A stretch of DNA of 64,000 nucleotides, from contig JBFMAD010000004.1 in the NCBI GenBank assembly GCA_040755855.1, positions 160,001 through 224,000 of the forward strand. The letters are read 5' to 3'. Shown piece after piece: positions 61,591-64,000 of this stretch (position 1 is the first letter of the stretch; each line of letters begins with the position of its first letter). Both the position numbers and the translations under genes were made by a program. Below the pieces are notes generated by a model. It searched no databases. It saw only the letters and a program-made list of their open reading frames with translations, and was not told where the DNA came from. Origin of the DNA: Planctomycetota bacterium. Its GTDB lineage: Bacteria; Planctomycetota; Brocadiia; JAADGH01.

Positions 61591-63954
61591 ATGGCAAAAA
61601 TCCTGATTCTCACAACAATCCTGATGGTTTTGACCACCCTCACAAGCCGCACAAGCGCCGACCCGTCGCTGTTCTTCTCAAAGGACGACCTGCCGATGCT
61701 CCGCGAACGCGTGAAACAGCCGCCGCACACACGCACCTGGGAGGCGATCCTGAAACACGCCGAAGCGATGTGCACGCCCGGCGCGCCCGGCTACGCCGAT
61801 CCGGAGAAGATTGATGAGGGGCGCGACGTGCGCATCCAAGTCCTGGCCCATACCTTTGGGCGGCGCTTGACCGTCTGGGTCGAAACGTTGGGGTTCGCCT
61901 ACCAGATCACCGGTGAGGAGCGCTTCGGCAAACACGGGGCGCGCATCCTTGTCACCGCGGCGAAGAAGCTGCCTGTTACCGACGAACGAGTGGCGAAAGG
62001 ATTCGCAGGAGCACGGGGCGACCTCATGCGCGGCTTCGCCGTCGGCCTCGACTGGCTGGGCGAGGCCCCGACGCCGGAGGAGCGGCGCACGGTAGAGCAG
62101 GTCGCCGCCGACTACGTGCAGAACATCCTTACCGAGGCGGGCAGGGAGAAGACCTGGTGGATTCCCTATCACAACTTCATGGGCGTGGCGCTTGGCGCGG
62201 GCGGGATGCTCGCCATGAAGTTGAAGGACAGCTATCCGGGGCAGTCGCCCCAATGGGTCGCCAAGTGCGCCGACGGCGTGGCGCTCTGGCTCGACAAGGG
62301 CTTCGACGAGCAGGGGGCGTATTACGAGGGCGTCGGCTACGCCGGCTACGGTCTGAGCAATGCGGTGCGCTTCGCCGACGCGCTTCTTCGCAACGGCGGG
62401 CCGAACCTGTTCGAGAAATCGCGTCTGCGCCATGTCCCCGTCTTCTACGCCCAGTCCCTCCTCCCCGGCCAGCCGATCTTCGATGCCCGCAACGACTCGA
62501 ATTATGTGGGCCTTGCCGACCCGGTCATGCTGCGCCTGGCCTCGGCGCTGCCCAGCGGCCTGGCCAAGTGGCTCTGGGAGTATTGCGGGTCGGGCGATTC
62601 GCCCATGCAGATCGTCTGGGCGAACGACGTGCGCCCCACGTCGCCGAAGGAGGCCGGCCTGCCCCTGGCGCAGCACTTCATCGGACGCGGCCTGTGCGTC
62701 TTTCGCACCGGATGGGACGCGGGCGACGTAATGTTCTCCGTTGAGGCCGGGCCATACTACAAAGTCACGCACAATCAGGCGGACAAGGGCCATTTTGCAC
62801 TCTACGGCCACGGCTGCGCGTGGGCCATTGACTCGGGCTATGGGAATACCCTGGAACCCGAAGGGCGGGCGCAGATGGTCGCCCACAACTGTATCCTTAT
62901 AGACGGCAAGGGCCAGACGCTCTCCGGCTGCGGCCTCGGCACGGATGGAAACATTCTTATTTGCGAAAATAACGACCGCAGCGGCTACGTCCTGGCCGAT
63001 TGCACGGACGCCTACAACAAAAACTCGAAAGGCACGCCCGGCGTCGGCGTCCAGCGCGCCCTGCGGCACACGCTGTTTGTGCGACCAAAGGGTGGCGCGC
63101 CCGCTTACGCTGTGGTCCTGGACGATATTCGCAAAGATGAAACGCCTCACGACTACACATGGTTCCTCCATGCGCACGAACAGATGCATGTCTTGCTCCA
63201 GCCCGACGGCGCATGGATCAAACCCCTCTTCACCTCCGGCGGCGCGCTGGTGGAGACGCCTACCGACGCCCAAGGCCAAGGAGAGTGCGCATGGACGTTC
63301 GACGTGAAGGAGCCGGGACGATACGTCGTCTGGGGGCGCATCCGCAGCGTCGGGCCGGAACTGAGCAGGTCGGACTCCTTCTTCGCGCAAATGGACAATA
63401 GGAAGCCTCTCGCGTGGCATACGGGCGCAAGGCGCGAGTGGGCGTGGCGAGCGGTTGCAGCGCACAACGCCGGCGAACCGGCAGGCTTTGAACTGGCCGC
63501 AGGGGCGCACACGTTCCGCCTGAAAAGCCGCGAGCCGGGATCGCAGGTGGATCGTATCGTGGTGACGCTCGACCTCTCCGCGCAGCCGCCATTTCCGGGC
63601 GGAGTTAAGGGGTTTGTGTTTGAGGCGGAGGACGGCAAGGCGACGCCCCCCATGCACGTCGTCCGCGAGCCGGAGAAGAAAACGGCCCCCCGAATGAAGC
63701 TGGTCCTCCACGCCGCCGCGCCGGCGGCGCTGTCCGTGGATGCCTACGACGGCCACCCGCGCCTGAAGGCGGTCGTGCGGGCGGTTCAGCCGAACTTCGC
63801 GGCAGTGCTGTTGCCCCTGCCGCCGGAGGTCTCGGAGCCGGATGTGCAGTTTGAGGATACGGTCGCCGCACTGCGGATTCACATCCGATGGGAGAAAGCG
63901 ACGGATATCATCGAGTGGCCCAAGAGCGGCGACCGCAAACCGAGATTATTGTAG
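61591..63954 (+). CDS. Secreted heparinase II/III-family polysaccharide lyase-like protein with inserted CBM-like jelly roll
   Basis: Signal peptide; HNF, GAYYEGVGY, FRTGWD, HNQADKGHF, DSGYG, AHNCILIDG, LDDI...WFLH. Confidence 0.78.
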   Translation: MAKILILTTILMVLTTLTSRTSADPSLFFSKDDLPMLRERVKQPPHTRTWEAILKHAEAMCTPGAPGYADPEKIDEGRDVRIQVLAHTFGRRLTVWVETLGFAYQITGEERFGKHGARILVTAAKKLPVTDERVAKGFAGARGDLMRGFAVGLDWLGEAPTPEERRTVEQVAADYVQNILTEAGREKTWWIPYHNFMGVALGAGGMLAMKLKDSYPGQSPQWVAKCADGVALWLDKGFDEQGAYYEGVGYAGYGLSNAVRFADALLRNGGPNLFEKSRLRHVPVFYAQSLLPGQPIFDARNDSNYVGLADPVMLRLASALPSGLAKWLWEYCGSGDSPMQIVWANDVRPTSPKEAGLPLAQHFIGRGLCVFRTGWDAGDVMFSVEAGPYYKVTHNQADKGHFALYGHGCAWAIDSGYGNTLEPEGRAQMVAHNCILIDGKGQTLSGCGLGTDGNILICENNDRSGYVLADCTDAYNKNSKGTPGVGVQRALRHTLFVRPKGGAPAYAVVLDDIRKDETPHDYTWFLHAHEQMHVLLQPDGAWIKPLFTSGGALVETPTDAQGQGECAWTFDVKEPGRYVVWGRIRSVGPELSRSDSFFAQMDNRKPLAWHTGARREWAWRAVAAHNAGEPAGFELAAGAHTFRLKSREPGSQVDRIVVTLDLSAQPPFPGGVKGFVFEAEDGKATPPMHVVREPEKKTAPRMKLVLHAAAPAALSVDAYDGHPRLKAVVRAVQPNFAAVLLPLPPEVSEPDVQFEDTVAALRIHIRWEKATDIIEWPKSGDRKPRLL

Positions 63955-64000
63955 AAGGGGACATTCGTGTCTCACCCAGTTTCTGTTGTGGACAAGAAAA

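Noticed and set aside
58595..63882. Long - strand ORFs 58595..60307 and 61678..63882
   Set aside because: Antisense to well-supported + strand genes; no motifs

Overview
High-GC (roughly 60-65% by eye) bacterial chromosomal window, most likely Planctomycetota/PVC, judged from LE-x-R-x-x-P N-terminal export motifs, GTAG-type REP repeats, and abundant secreted glycosidases and UroD-like paralogs. It is dominated by a 22.6-kb gene for a 7,545-aa Gly/Thr/Asn/Ile-rich, probably beta-solenoid surface protein (11280..33917, -). This protein is built from nested repeats, including three ~1,650-aa super-repeats with conserved scaffolds and divergent aromatic-rich loops. It is transcribed from a consensus sigma70 promoter through a ~520-nt leader that contains a terminator-like hairpin. 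A shorter, strongly acidic paralog (40589..43729, +) has the same N-terminal motif and a G12 tract beside its promoter. The rest is housekeeping and carbohydrate-related: rnpA, yidD, serA, floA, trpD, galK, acs, acylphosphatase, glycoside hydrolases, a heparinase II/III-like lyase, oxidoreductases, an MFS transporter and a CoA transferase. There is also a small-ORF/nucleotidyltransferase pair and two distinct REP-like palindrome families. No rRNA, tRNA, CRISPR array or transposase was recognised. All calls come from reading the sequence and motifs; no database searches were run.
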